Below, one piece after another: positions 15,702-24,123 of a DNA stretch of 32,131 bases. Position 1 is the first letter of the stretch, and every line of letters starts with the position of its first letter. The notes under the pieces were generated by a model. It saw only the letters and a list, made by a program, of their open reading frames with translations. It had not been told where the DNA came from and ran no database searches. The DNA is from an uncultured Acidimicrobiaceae bacterium (GTDB lineage Bacteria > Actinomycetota > Acidimicrobiia > Spongiisociales > UBA5794), in the NCBI GenBank assembly GCA_947258635.1, contig CAMYJM010000008.1, positions 1 to 32,131 of the forward strand, in the 5' to 3' direction. A program made the position numbers and the translations under genes.

Positions 15702-16319
15702 CTATTGGGCGCGGTCCACCACCAACTCGAGAGGGCGGCGCCCGCCGCCCTGCGGATCTGACGGGCCCGGATCGCGGCTCGACTCGGACTGCCCGGGTCC
15801 GCGCAGTTCGGCCATCTGCGATTCGAGACGGGTCCTTTCCGCGCGGAGGCTCTCCAGTTCCCGCTTGACCGATGTCACCTGGTCTTCGGCATCGAGTTTG
15901 GCCCGCTCGACGACGAACTCTGCTGAGGTCCTGGCCTCTTCTTCGATCCGGGCGGCTCGCTCTTCAGCCTTGCGCAACATCTCTTCCATCGTCTGCGTGG
16001 CGACGGTCATCGTGAGACGAAACGCCTCCTGGTTCTGCTCGGCGTCGGATGTTCCCTGGCTCAATGCCTCGATCTCGGCGCGTGCATCGTGAATGGAGTG
16101 GTCTCGCTTGGCCAGGGTTGCCGCCACTTGGTCGAGGAACATCCCGACTTGCTGCGGATCGAAGCCTCGTTTGACGAGGTCAAACTGCTTCTGCTGAACG
16201 TCCTGCGGTGTGATTTCCACGGTCGAACGCTCCCTTTCCGTCGCGTGCGGCGTCTCCCGGCCGGCCGTCCCCGACGCCGCACCAGATGCAGATACGTCAC
16301 CGCTACTCTCGGTAGTCAT
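15702..16319 (-). CDS. DivIVA-domain coiled-coil protein
   Basis: ITPQDVQQKQFDLVKRGFDPQQVGMFLDQVA matches the DivIVA N-terminal motif and is followed by a long Glu/Arg/Ala-rich coiled coil. An alternative start is GTG 16220, with AAGGGAG 9-10 nt upstream, which would remove a 33-aa Ser/Gly/Thr-rich extension. Confidence 0.8.
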   Translation of the reverse strand: MTTESSGDVSASGAASGTAGRETPHATERERSTVEITPQDVQQKQFDLVKRGFDPQQVGMFLDQVAATLAKRDHSIHDARAEIEALSQGTSDAEQNQEAFRLTMTVATQTMEEMLRKAEERAARIEEEARTSAEFVVERAKLDAEDQVTSVKRELESLRAERTRLESQMAELRGPGQSESSRDPGPSDPQGGGRRPLELVVDRAQ

Positions 16320-16505
16320 AGTCTCAACGACCCCTGAGGGGAGAACCGTCCATCTGGGTTATCGGCAGGATCTCTTATTCACAAAGGAGTTTCTCTGCGA
16401 ATGAAATGGGTCTCCCGACCCGTAGACGTCGTACCGATACGACTGTACCGTTGGAAGGGCCACTCAGCGTGGCAGTAAGCAGCCCCTCCTCGCAGTCGGG
16501 ACGAG

Positions 16506-16697
16506 ATGAGATACATCCAGAGAATCCACGTACGCTTTCGGTCGGTCTTCGCCGGGGAGGTCGGCGCCAGCCTCGTTGAGTACTCGTTGCTCATAGCTCT
16601 GATCGCAATGGTGGCGCTGTTGGCCATCCGGTTCTTTGGTGGAGAGCTGTCCACCGCCTACAAAGACATCGCCGACACGGTCATCGCCAACACGTAG
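16506..16697 (+). CDS. flp: Flp-family type IVb prepilin
   Basis: 63 aa: a basic leader, then G/ASLVEYSLLIALIAMVALLAI. This is the Flp signature, with cleavage after Gly, Glu at +5 and Tyr at +6, followed by a hydrophobic helix. Confidence 0.75.
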   Translation: MRYIQRIHVRFRSVFAGEVGASLVEYSLLIALIAMVALLAIRFFGGELSTAYKDIADTVIANT

Positions 16698-16700
16698 GCC

Positions 16701-17344
16701 TCAGCCGCGACGCGCCTCGCGGGCGGCTGCAACCAGTCCCTCGAAGAGACCCTGTTGCGCAGCGTCTTCATGGGCATTCACCTCGGGATGCCATTGCACT
16801 CCCACCAACCAGGTGGGCCCGGCGAGTTCCACAGCCTCGATGGTCCCGTCCGCCGCCCAGCCCACGGGTTCGAGGCCCGGGGCCAGCCGGTCGATCGCCT
16901 GATGATGGCCGGTCGCCCCTTGCGCCCGGTCGGCACCCATCGCTTTGGCCACCAGCGAACCGGACTTCATCTCTATCTCGTGGTAGATCCAACCCTCGCC
17001 CTCGCGGCGGTGGATATCCTCATCGAGTGAGTCGGCAAGATGCTGGTTGATCGTCCCGCCCATCGCCACGTTGAGCACCTGGATGCCTCGGCACACGAAG
17101 AGTGTCGGAACCGACCCGGAGATGAGATGCTTGGCCAGAGCCAGCTCCGTGCTATCGCGGTCTACCCGCGGCTTCTCCTGCCTCGGGTGACTGGGGTCAC
17201 CTCCGTAGAGCTCCGCGGCGACGTCGGCGCCCCCGGTGACCCGTAGGGGGCCGGCACGGAATACACCGCGTCGTACCAATCCGACATGGCGAGGGCTTCG
17301 TCGCGATCAGTCGTGGTTATGCCTATCAGCGGGCGCGTATCCAT
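16701..17344 (-). pseudogene. gamma-glutamyl hydrolase-type class I glutamine amidotransferase (peptidase C26), split by a 1-nt frameshift
   Basis: The N-terminus MDTRPLIGITTTDRDEALAMSDWYDAVYSVPAP is in the frame of ORF 17162..17386. The remainder is in ORF 16701..17279: LRVTGGADV..., catalytic FVCRGIQVLNVAMGG, HHQAI, GVQWHPE. The frames meet at a G5 run (17246-17250), and one extra G there would fuse them. The fused N-terminal region also looks about 30 aa shorter than typical family members. Confidence 0.55.
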
Positions 17345-17423
17345 GGCGCGAGAATAGCCGTGGATTCGAGCGCGATCCGGCGGCATCCTCGTCGCCGACC
17401 GATCTAGTCACTACCGTCCTCTC

Positions 17424-18548
17424 ATGGCCAACGCCGGCGCCACCTCGGTTCCGAAGACACGCGACAGTTACGTCGACTTCCTCCGGGCGTTCTCACTGGT
17501 GATTGTCGTCATCTGGCACTGGGTGTTCACCATTCTCGTGATCAACGACACGACGGTATCGCCGACGAACCCGATCGGCTTCACTCGAGGAATGTGGGCC
17601 ATAACCTGGGTGCTGCAGATCATGCCGGTCTTCTTCTTCGTAGGCGGCTTCACTCACCGCTTGGCCTTCGACGACTACACGAAGGGCACCTCGCGCCGCT
17701 TTCTCAAGCGACGCATCAAGCGGCTGCTGACACCGGCGCTCGGCCTCGTGTCCATCTGGATCGGCATCGGGTTCATCCTGCGAACGACAATCGATCCACC
17801 GTGGACCTGGCCGGCGGTGATCCTGATCCTGTCGCCGCTGTGGTTTCTCGTCGTGTATCTCGTGCTGGTCGGTATCGCCCCGCTGGCAATCCGCGCCCAC
17901 TGGCGCTGGGGAGAACTCGTGGTGGTTTGGCTGCTGGGGCTGGCCGCCGTGCTCGACGTCCTGCGCTTCTCCCATCAGCAGGGCTGGGCGGCGTGGGTCA
18001 ACTTCCTGGTGATATGGGGCCTGGCCCACCAGCTCGGCTTCTTCTACGACAGGTTCGCCGCCGCCCCCCGTCGTGTGGCCTGGATGTTCTTCTGGGGCGG
18101 TTTCTTTTCGATGGTGGCCCTGACGAACATGGGCTTCTACCCCCGCTCGGTCGTCGGCGTGCCCGGAGAGCGCTTTTCGAACATGGGGCCACCAACGCTG
18201 GCAATCGTGGCGCTGATCATGCTCCAGATCGGGCTGGTGCTGCTCGCCAAGGACTGGGTGTCCCACCGCCTCGACACCAGTCCGACCTGGCAGAGGACCT
18301 TCCGGTGGGTGAACGACAACTCCCTGCCGCTCTATCTCTTGCACACCACGGGGATGGCCATTGCGGTTGCGGCCATCTTCCTCGGGTTCGACTATCTCCC
18401 CCCGGATGAGCCAACGGCCGAGTGGTGGCTCACCCGACCGCTCTGGTTGGCCGCTCCGGCGGTGGCCACGTATCCGTTCCTGCTGCTGTACCAGGCCATC
18501 ACCCGACGCAAAGCGGAGCGCGGGGCCACGGTCGACCTCACAGGCTGA
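17424..18548 (+). CDS. acyltransferase family 3 (OafA-like) integral membrane protein
   Basis: 374 aa with about 10 TM helices. N-terminal RDSYVDFLRAFSLVIVVIWH matches the acyltransferase_3 pattern (R..DxLR...H). Confidence 0.75.
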   Translation: MANAGATSVPKTRDSYVDFLRAFSLVIVVIWHWVFTILVINDTTVSPTNPIGFTRGMWAITWVLQIMPVFFFVGGFTHRLAFDDYTKGTSRRFLKRRIKRLLTPALGLVSIWIGIGFILRTTIDPPWTWPAVILILSPLWFLVVYLVLVGIAPLAIRAHWRWGELVVVWLLGLAAVLDVLRFSHQQGWAAWVNFLVIWGLAHQLGFFYDRFAAAPRRVAWMFFWGGFFSMVALTNMGFYPRSVVGVPGERFSNMGPPTLAIVALIMLQIGLVLLAKDWVSHRLDTSPTWQRTFRWVNDNSLPLYLLHTTGMAIAVAAIFLGFDYLPPDEPTAEWWLTRPLWLAAPAVATYPFLLLYQAITRRKAERGATVDLTG

Positions 18549-18563
18549 GGTTAGGATCACAAG

Positions 18564-18851
18564 ATGCTTTCGTTCCTGCTGCTCCTGCTCGTCGCCGCGA
18601 TTCTCGGGTCGATTGGCGCCGCCATTGCGGGACGCCGCGGCAACGGCTGTCTCATCAACATCGCGACCGGCTTCATCGGCGCACTGCTGGGACGGGGACT
18701 GTCCAACGTCTTTGAGGTTTCGGATCCGCTGAACATCACGATTGGCGACACCACCTTCCCCCTGATGTGGACCGTCGCCGGATCGGCGCTCTTCGTCGCA
18801 GTGATCACCTTCTTGACCAGGGGCCGGACGCCGCCTCCGCCGCGAGGCTGA
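18564..18851 (+). CDS. GlsB/YeaQ/YmgE-family (transglycosylase-associated) small membrane protein
   Basis: 95 aa. LLLLVAAILGSIGAAIAG...INIATGFIGALLGRGL is typical of the family. AGGA lies 7 nt upstream of the ATG. Confidence 0.7.
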   Translation: MLSFLLLLLVAAILGSIGAAIAGRRGNGCLINIATGFIGALLGRGLSNVFEVSDPLNITIGDTTFPLMWTVAGSALFVAVITFLTRGRTPPPPRG

Positions 18852-18863
18852 CCGGGCGGGCGC

Positions 18864-20084
18864 CTACGGCTCGGGGCGCCAGATATCCCGATCGGCCACG
18901 TCGATTGGCTCGTCGGCCATCGAGAGGTGCAATCCGTCTCCGGTGTATGGGTGGGCGCGGGCGACCTCCTCATTGAGCACGACTCCGAGCCCCGGCTTCG
19001 TCGGGGGCACGACATACCCGTTCTCCCAGCGCATCGGTTCCACGAGCAAGTCGGCATGAAACCCCGACCAGTCCTGGATTCCCTCCAGAATGAGGAAGTT
19101 CGGTGAGCAGGCGGCCAGCTGGACGTTGGCGGCCCCCCCGATCGGGCCGTTGTACAGGTGTGGTGCGATCTGGGCACCGAAAGCCTCGGCGATCGAAGCA
19201 ATCTTCTTGCCTTCGAGGATTCCGCCCGCCCGCGCCAGGTTGAGCTGCAGGATGGAGACGGCTTTGGCTTCGAGCAGTCGGGTGAATTCGGCCTTCGTGG
19301 TGAGCCGCTCGCCGGCTGCGATCGGAATCGACGTCTGCCGGGCCACCTTCGCCATCTCGGCAACGTTGTCGGGAGGGACCGGCTCCTCGAACCACAAAGG
19401 GTCGTGAGGCTCAATGTGCCGGGCCAGGCGGAGCGCGCCGGCGGATGTGAATTGGCCATGCGTGCCGAAGAGAAGGTCGGCACGGGTGCCGACGGCTTCC
19501 CGAACGGCCTCCATGAAGCGTACAGAGAGACGGAGGCGCGCCAGCGACGGCTGATGACCGCCCATCGAGCTGTAGGGCCCGGTGGGGTCGAACTTCACCG
19601 CGGTGAACCCGCGCCCCACCTCCTCGGCCGCCCGCACCGCTGCCAGCTCCGGATCGACATAGACGTCGGTGGCATCGTCGGGTTTCGGATACAGATACGT
19701 GTAGCTGCGCAGCGCCTCGTGGACCCGGCCGCCCAGCAACTCGTAGACCGGCTTTTCGACGGCCTTGCCGATGATGTCCCAGCATGCCATCTCGAGCGCG
19801 CTCATCACTCCCTGGAGGGTGACGTCGGGACGCAACGTGAACCCCCGCCCGTAGGCGGTGCGCCAGAAGCGCTCGATGTGAAAGGGATCGCGTCCCACGA
19901 GGTGGTGCTCCGCCACGTCGCCGAGCATGTCTGCCACCAGATGAGGGCTGAACGTGGCTGCGTAGGCTTCGCCGTAGCCGACGATCCCGTCGTCCGTCGT
20001 GAGCTTGACGAACACGAAGTAGCGCCCGCCGAAACCCGGCGGCGGGTTCCCCACCACGAAGGTGTCAACCCCGGCAATCTTCAT
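18864..20084 (-). CDS. enolase-superfamily enzyme (mandelate racemase/muconate lactonizing family, acid-sugar dehydratase-like)
   Basis: Start at ATG 20084 (MKIAGVDTFVV, GAGGG upstream), not 20144. Capping domain GIVGYGEA, SALEMACWDIIGK...PVYELLGG. Barrel metal-ligand contexts KFDP, WFEEP, AAGER. Confidence 0.8.
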   Translation of the reverse strand: MKIAGVDTFVVGNPPPGFGGRYFVFVKLTTDDGIVGYGEAYAATFSPHLVADMLGDVAEHHLVGRDPFHIERFWRTAYGRGFTLRPDVTLQGVMSALEMACWDIIGKAVEKPVYELLGGRVHEALRSYTYLYPKPDDATDVYVDPELAAVRAAEEVGRGFTAVKFDPTGPYSSMGGHQPSLARLRLSVRFMEAVREAVGTRADLLFGTHGQFTSAGALRLARHIEPHDPLWFEEPVPPDNVAEMAKVARQTSIPIAAGERLTTKAEFTRLLEAKAVSILQLNLARAGGILEGKKIASIAEAFGAQIAPHLYNGPIGGAANVQLAACSPNFLILEGIQDWSGFHADLLVEPMRWENGYVVPPTKPGLGVVLNEEVARAHPYTGDGLHLSMADEPIDVADRDIWRPEP

Positions 20085-20097
20085 CGTCGCACCCTCG

Positions 20098-20451
20098 CTA
20101 TTCCTTCCGAGCACACCAGGCGGCGACGACGGCGCGGATGTCACCGGCCGCCGCTTCGACTTCCGCCAGATCGGCGAACTTCATGTAGCGGGCCGTTGCT
20201 CCGCCGCCTTCCAGACGCGGGTGGTCTCCGGGTATGGCAGCTCCGGTGTGAAACATGAGGCTGACATGGGCCTTCGTGCGCGGGTTGAAGCTCGCCATGT
20301 TGCCCGCGAACATGAACGTCGGGGACTTCCACTTGATCGTCTCGGTCATCCGGTCATCTTCGAGAATGATCGTGCGCACCCGTAGCATCGCTTCCTTCGC
20401 CGGATGGTCGTATTCGTTGAACCACGCGTCCACTTCGGGGTTCTGGGGCAT
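20098..20451 (-). CDS. DUF1801 (YdhG-like) domain protein
   Basis: 117 aa. The pattern AMLRVRTIILEDD...ETIKWKSPTFMFAGNMASFNPRTKAHVSLMF is typical of DUF1801. Confidence 0.65.
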   Translation of the reverse strand: MPQNPEVDAWFNEYDHPAKEAMLRVRTIILEDDRMTETIKWKSPTFMFAGNMASFNPRTKAHVSLMFHTGAAIPGDHPRLEGGGATARYMKFADLAEVEAAAGDIRAVVAAWCARKE

Positions 20452-20523
20452 AGGTCTCCTTCGCGTCCCCCGGCAGCTTAGAAACCGGGAGCCGTGCCGG
20501 CGGAGGATTGACGGCGCGCCACC

Positions 20524-22200
20524 TCAACCGGCGGCGATCTCCTCGGGCATGGTGAACCAGCGCAGGCTCTCGAAGTGCTCCGTCGCCCAATCGAGGTCGT
20601 GAGGCTGAAACGTCGACGATCCGAGGCTGTCGAGCAAACTGCGTGCCGCGGCCAGGTGATCGATCAGGCCGGTGTCAGGAGCGGTGCGCCGCCGATCGGG
20701 GTACGTCACGCCGGCGCCGTCAAACTCGACATTGCGCAAGCTCAGCGGAGGCCGGGCGGTTCCGCCGATGTGACGCCACAGGCCGCTGTCCGTCTCGAAC
20801 CGGTATTGCGGAAGGAGCTTCCACCCTTCGGCGGCCACCAGGCGCACCGCTTCGAGGATGTAGTTGAACACCTCCTCGGAGATGAAGTAGTTGAAGTTGA
20901 CCCGCACCCATCCGGGCTTGATCCCCTCGCATCCACCCGAGATCTCCTGTTCGAACTCCCGGGAGGTTTCGATGTCGATGCCGAGGAGGATGTGGCCGTA
21001 CGGCCCGGCACAGCTACAGCCACCCCGCGCTTGAATGCCGAAGAGGTCGTTGAGGAGTGCCACGACGAAATTGTGGTGGAGATAGCGGCCCTCGTGCCGC
21101 ACCGTGAAAGACACGATCGACAGGCGATCCGCTTCAGGGTTGCCCAGCACTTCGAGGTTCGGATGTTGCGACCAGGTATGGATGGCCCGGCCGATGAAGT
21201 CCTCCTCGAGGCGGCGGATCGTCTCCGTGCCGACTGCCTCCTTCAGCTTGAACACCAGGCCCGCCCGGATCGACTCGACGATTGCCGGGGTGCCGCCCTC
21301 CTCGCGATGCTCGATGTCGGAGTAGTACCTGTGCTCGTCGGGGTTCACGAAGGCCACCGTGCCGCCTCCCGGCACCGCCGGTACCGAGTTCTGGAACAGC
21401 TCGCGGCGGGCGAGGAGCACCCCCGGGGTGCCCGGTCCCCCGATGAGCTTGTGGGGCGAGATGAAGACGGCGTCCTTGTAGGCGAGCGGGTCGTCGCTGG
21501 AGGCCATGTCGATATCGACGTAGGGGGCGGCGGCGGCGAAGTCCCAGAAGCTGAGGGCGCCGTGCTCGTGCAGAAGCCGGCTGATCGTGTGCGTACTGGA
21601 GATGATTCCGGTGACGTTCGAGGCCGCGGAGAAGCTCCCGATGCGCAGGGGCCTGTCGGCATACTTCTCGAGCTCCTTGGTGAGGATCCCGAGATCGATG
21701 TGGCCGTCGGCGTCTTCGGGGATCGTCACGACGTCGGCGATCGACTCCCGCCAGGGCAGCTCATTGGAGTGATGCTCGAAAGGCCCGACGAAGACAACAG
21801 GCCGCTCGGCGGCGGGGATTCGTTCCGACAGCCCGTAGCGGGCGTCGAGCTCAGCGGGAATCCGCAGGTTGAGCACGCTGACGAGACATGCAATGGCTCC
21901 GGTTGACCCGGAGCCGGCGAAGATCAGCGCGTAATCGTCTCCGGCGTTGCAGCAATCCTTGATGATCTGACGAGCTTCTTCCCGAAACCGGGTTGTCTGC
22001 AAACCGGTCCCGGACGACTCGGTGTGCGTGTTGGCATACAGCGGCAGGACGGCGGCCCGTATGAAGTCCTCGATGAAGGTGAGGGCCCGTCCCGAAGCGG
22101 TATAGTCGGCGTAGACGACCCGGCGCGGCCCGAAGGGCCCGTCAACGAGCTCGTCCTCGCCGATCACCGATTCGCGTATGAGTTCGACGAGTGAAGGCAT
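20524..22200 (-). CDS. aminotransferase class V-fold PLP-dependent enzyme (cysteine desulfurase/sulfurase-like, long form)
   Basis: 558 aa. VYADYTASGRAL...YANTHTESSGTG, GSGSTGA, and FISPHKLIGGPGTPGVL as the PLP-lysine context. Confidence 0.75.
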   Translation of the reverse strand: MPSLVELIRESVIGEDELVDGPFGPRRVVYADYTASGRALTFIEDFIRAAVLPLYANTHTESSGTGLQTTRFREEARQIIKDCCNAGDDYALIFAGSGSTGAIACLVSVLNLRIPAELDARYGLSERIPAAERPVVFVGPFEHHSNELPWRESIADVVTIPEDADGHIDLGILTKELEKYADRPLRIGSFSAASNVTGIISSTHTISRLLHEHGALSFWDFAAAAPYVDIDMASSDDPLAYKDAVFISPHKLIGGPGTPGVLLARRELFQNSVPAVPGGGTVAFVNPDEHRYYSDIEHREEGGTPAIVESIRAGLVFKLKEAVGTETIRRLEEDFIGRAIHTWSQHPNLEVLGNPEADRLSIVSFTVRHEGRYLHHNFVVALLNDLFGIQARGGCSCAGPYGHILLGIDIETSREFEQEISGGCEGIKPGWVRVNFNYFISEEVFNYILEAVRLVAAEGWKLLPQYRFETDSGLWRHIGGTARPPLSLRNVEFDGAGVTYPDRRRTAPDTGLIDHLAAARSLLDSLGSSTFQPHDLDWATEHFESLRWFTMPEEIAAG

Positions 22201-22247
22201 CGGCCCATGTTATCGGTCGGCTTCCAACTCGTTCGCAACCGCGGCCG

Positions 22248-22877
22248 CTAGATATCCCCGGCGAGCCGGGCTTCGAGCACCAGCGACCGCTCATCGAGCC
22301 CGATGCGGAGCCGTTCGACGCGCTGGGCGGGATCGTCGATCTCGAGGAGGCGCTGACGGTCGATCTGTTCGAGGGGAGCGAGCGCACACAGCGTCCAGAT
22401 AGCAGCCGGGCCATCGTCCGGGAGCTCGAGTTCTGCGGCGCCGACATCGGCGCCGAGCTCGGACGCCAGGGCCACGAGCTTCTGCCAGGACCGCAGTGCC
22501 GCCGCGACCGGCCCCGTCAGATCGGCCGACGACTCACGCTGCGGGTATTCGGACACCACGGCTCGCGGATAGGGATCATCGCCGAGCCACTCTTCGACGC
22601 GGATCCGCTTCTCCCCCACCGCCATCACGGCCATCCGCTGGTCGTCGATGAACCCGGCGTTGACGATTTGCGCTGACGTCCCAACCTCGAAGCGCACATC
22701 ACCGCCGCCCACCTCCGAGCCGCGCTCGATGAGCACGACCCCAAAGCTGCCGTCGCCGTCGAGCGCCTGCCCCACCATGGCCAGATACCGCGGCTCGAAT
22801 ATGTGCAGCGGCAGCGCCCCGCGGGGAAACAGCACCGTGCTGAGCGGGAACATCCGCATCGGGCGCTGCGCTGTCAT
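22248..22877 (-). CDS. stand-alone LON N-terminal substrate-binding domain protein
   Basis: MFPLSTVLFPRGALPLHIFEPRYLAMV is the canonical start of the Lon N-domain. At 209 aa there is no ATPase or protease part. Confidence 0.7.
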   Translation of the reverse strand: MTAQRPMRMFPLSTVLFPRGALPLHIFEPRYLAMVGQALDGDGSFGVVLIERGSEVGGGDVRFEVGTSAQIVNAGFIDDQRMAVMAVGEKRIRVEEWLGDDPYPRAVVSEYPQRESSADLTGPVAAALRSWQKLVALASELGADVGAAELELPDDGPAAIWTLCALAPLEQIDRQRLLEIDDPAQRVERLRIGLDERSLVLEARLAGDI

Positions 22878-22888
22878 AGGCCCCGCTT

Positions 22889-23377
22889 TCAGTGCTTATA
22901 GAGCCCCATGAGGGTGGCTGTGGCGAGCGTATTGAAGTGCAGCTGGAATCCGATGACCGCCGCCGAGGTGTCCTCGGCAACCGGCAGCGAGCCTCCGACC
23001 GCATGGACGGTGAAGAGGTAGCGGTGCGGGTGATCGCCCTGCGGCGGGCACGGGCCCCCGTAGCCGGGCTGCCCGAAGTCGGTGCGGGTCTGGAGCGCCC
23101 CTTCGGGCAGCGAGCCACCGGCGCTTCCGGCCCCGGCAGCCAGCTCGGTGACATCGCTCGGGATGTTCACGACGACCCAGTGCCAGAACCCGGAACCGGT
23201 CGGTGCGTCCGGATCGTAGCAAGTGACTGCAAAGCTCTCGGTGCCCTCCGGTGCGTCCGACCACGCCAGGTGCGGCGATTGATTGCCGCCGGCACAGCCG
23301 AACCCGAAGTCGGCCGACAAGATGTGCGCTGCCCCGAGATAATCCCCGTCGGCGAAGTCGTTGCTGGTCAAGTGCAT
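22889..23377 (-). CDS. YbhB/YbcL-family PEBP (Raf kinase inhibitor-like) protein
   Basis: Start at ATG 23377 with AGGAGGG 5 nt upstream; the ORF track has 23440. Motifs SPHLAWSDAP, YDPDAPTGSGFWHWVV, GYGGPCPPQGDHPHRYLFTVHAV. Confidence 0.8.
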   Translation of the reverse strand: MHLTSNDFADGDYLGAAHILSADFGFGCAGGNQSPHLAWSDAPEGTESFAVTCYDPDAPTGSGFWHWVVVNIPSDVTELAAGAGSAGGSLPEGALQTRTDFGQPGYGGPCPPQGDHPHRYLFTVHAVGGSLPVAEDTSAAVIGFQLHFNTLATATLMGLYKH

Positions 23378-23495
23378 ATGAGCCCTCCTGCGTCCGGCGC
23401 GCAACACGGAGCCTATCGACAAAGACGGAGTCTGGCTCATTGGAACCGGGCGCGGGCCATACTGGTTGGTCGAGGAGAACTAGGGAGGCCGCGCG

Positions 23496-23897
23496 ATGGG
23501 CGAGTTCCCGACGCCCGACATGGCTCTGACGCACATCCTGGTGGTGGCAGATATCGCCGCGTCGCGAAACTGGTACCGCGATGTGCTCGGCGCCGGCCTC
23601 TACCGCGAGTACGGGGGCACCTCGGCCGTGTTCGACTTCAACGGAAGCTGGCTGTTGCTGGTCACCGGCGGCGCCCCGACTGCCGACAAGCCCGATGTGA
23701 CCTTCGCCGCCCCGATGAATCCGACGAGCGTCGACCACGCATTCACCATCAGAGTTCCCGATTGCCATCAGGCGTACGCCGACCTGGCCACCCGCGGCGC
23801 CGTCTTCCTGACGCCTCCCCACGACTGGGGCGGCGAGATCCGGTGCTTCTTTCGTGACCCCGACGGGCACCTGTTCGAGATAAGCGAGGTCGTTTAG
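23496..23897 (+). CDS. VOC (glyoxalase/bleomycin-resistance/dioxygenase) family protein
   Basis: 133 aa. THILVVADIAASRNWYRDVLG ... FFRDPDGHLFEI are the typical VOC edge motifs. GGGAGG lies 7 nt upstream. Confidence 0.7.
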   Translation: MGEFPTPDMALTHILVVADIAASRNWYRDVLGAGLYREYGGTSAVFDFNGSWLLLVTGGAPTADKPDVTFAAPMNPTSVDHAFTIRVPDCHQAYADLATRGAVFLTPPHDWGGEIRCFFRDPDGHLFEISEVV

Positions 23898-24123
23898 CGA
23901 TACGGGCGGCTCGCCAAGCACGGCGCCGACCGCCCGGACTCCGGCTGAATCCTCCGCAACGTCGGACCTGATCTCGAGTGAGCACAACCGGTATCCCATA
24001 GTCACGGTGGAGGAGGACGTCCGCCACCATCGCCTCAGGTTGGTCGGTGCCGATCGAGGACCCAATCGTGTCGCTCACAGAACTGCAGCCGCCGAGTTGA
24101 CGCCACGTTGGCGTGCTCTCTGG

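Noticed and set aside
20575-21906. 443-aa plus-strand ORF opposite the class V PLP enzyme gene. Similar long shadow ORFs are at 19158-20258, 17493-18560, 25204-26085, 2700-3593 and 10699-11700.
   Set aside because: Each overlaps a gene with clear family motifs, on the other strand or in another frame. They encode Arg/Gly/Pro/Asp-rich sequences without recognisable domains and have no RBS. They are high-GC stop-codon-depletion artefacts.
22896-24065. 389-aa minus-strand ORF spanning the PEBP gene (same strand, different reading frame), the intergenic region and the VOC gene
   Set aside because: It crosses two well-supported genes in the wrong frame or strand and an intergenic region. The sequence is Arg/Gly-rich with no motifs.
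23898-24123. Possible cobalamin riboswitch or other leader upstream of the FrhB-like/MttB pair
   Set aside because: I looked for a B12-box (GCCACTG-like core) and the usual flanking conserved stems and found none. The only feature is a short inverted repeat, ACGCCA-CGT-TGGCGT (24100-24114), which overlaps a TTGACG hexamer (24097-24102). That is too little to call an operator or promoter.
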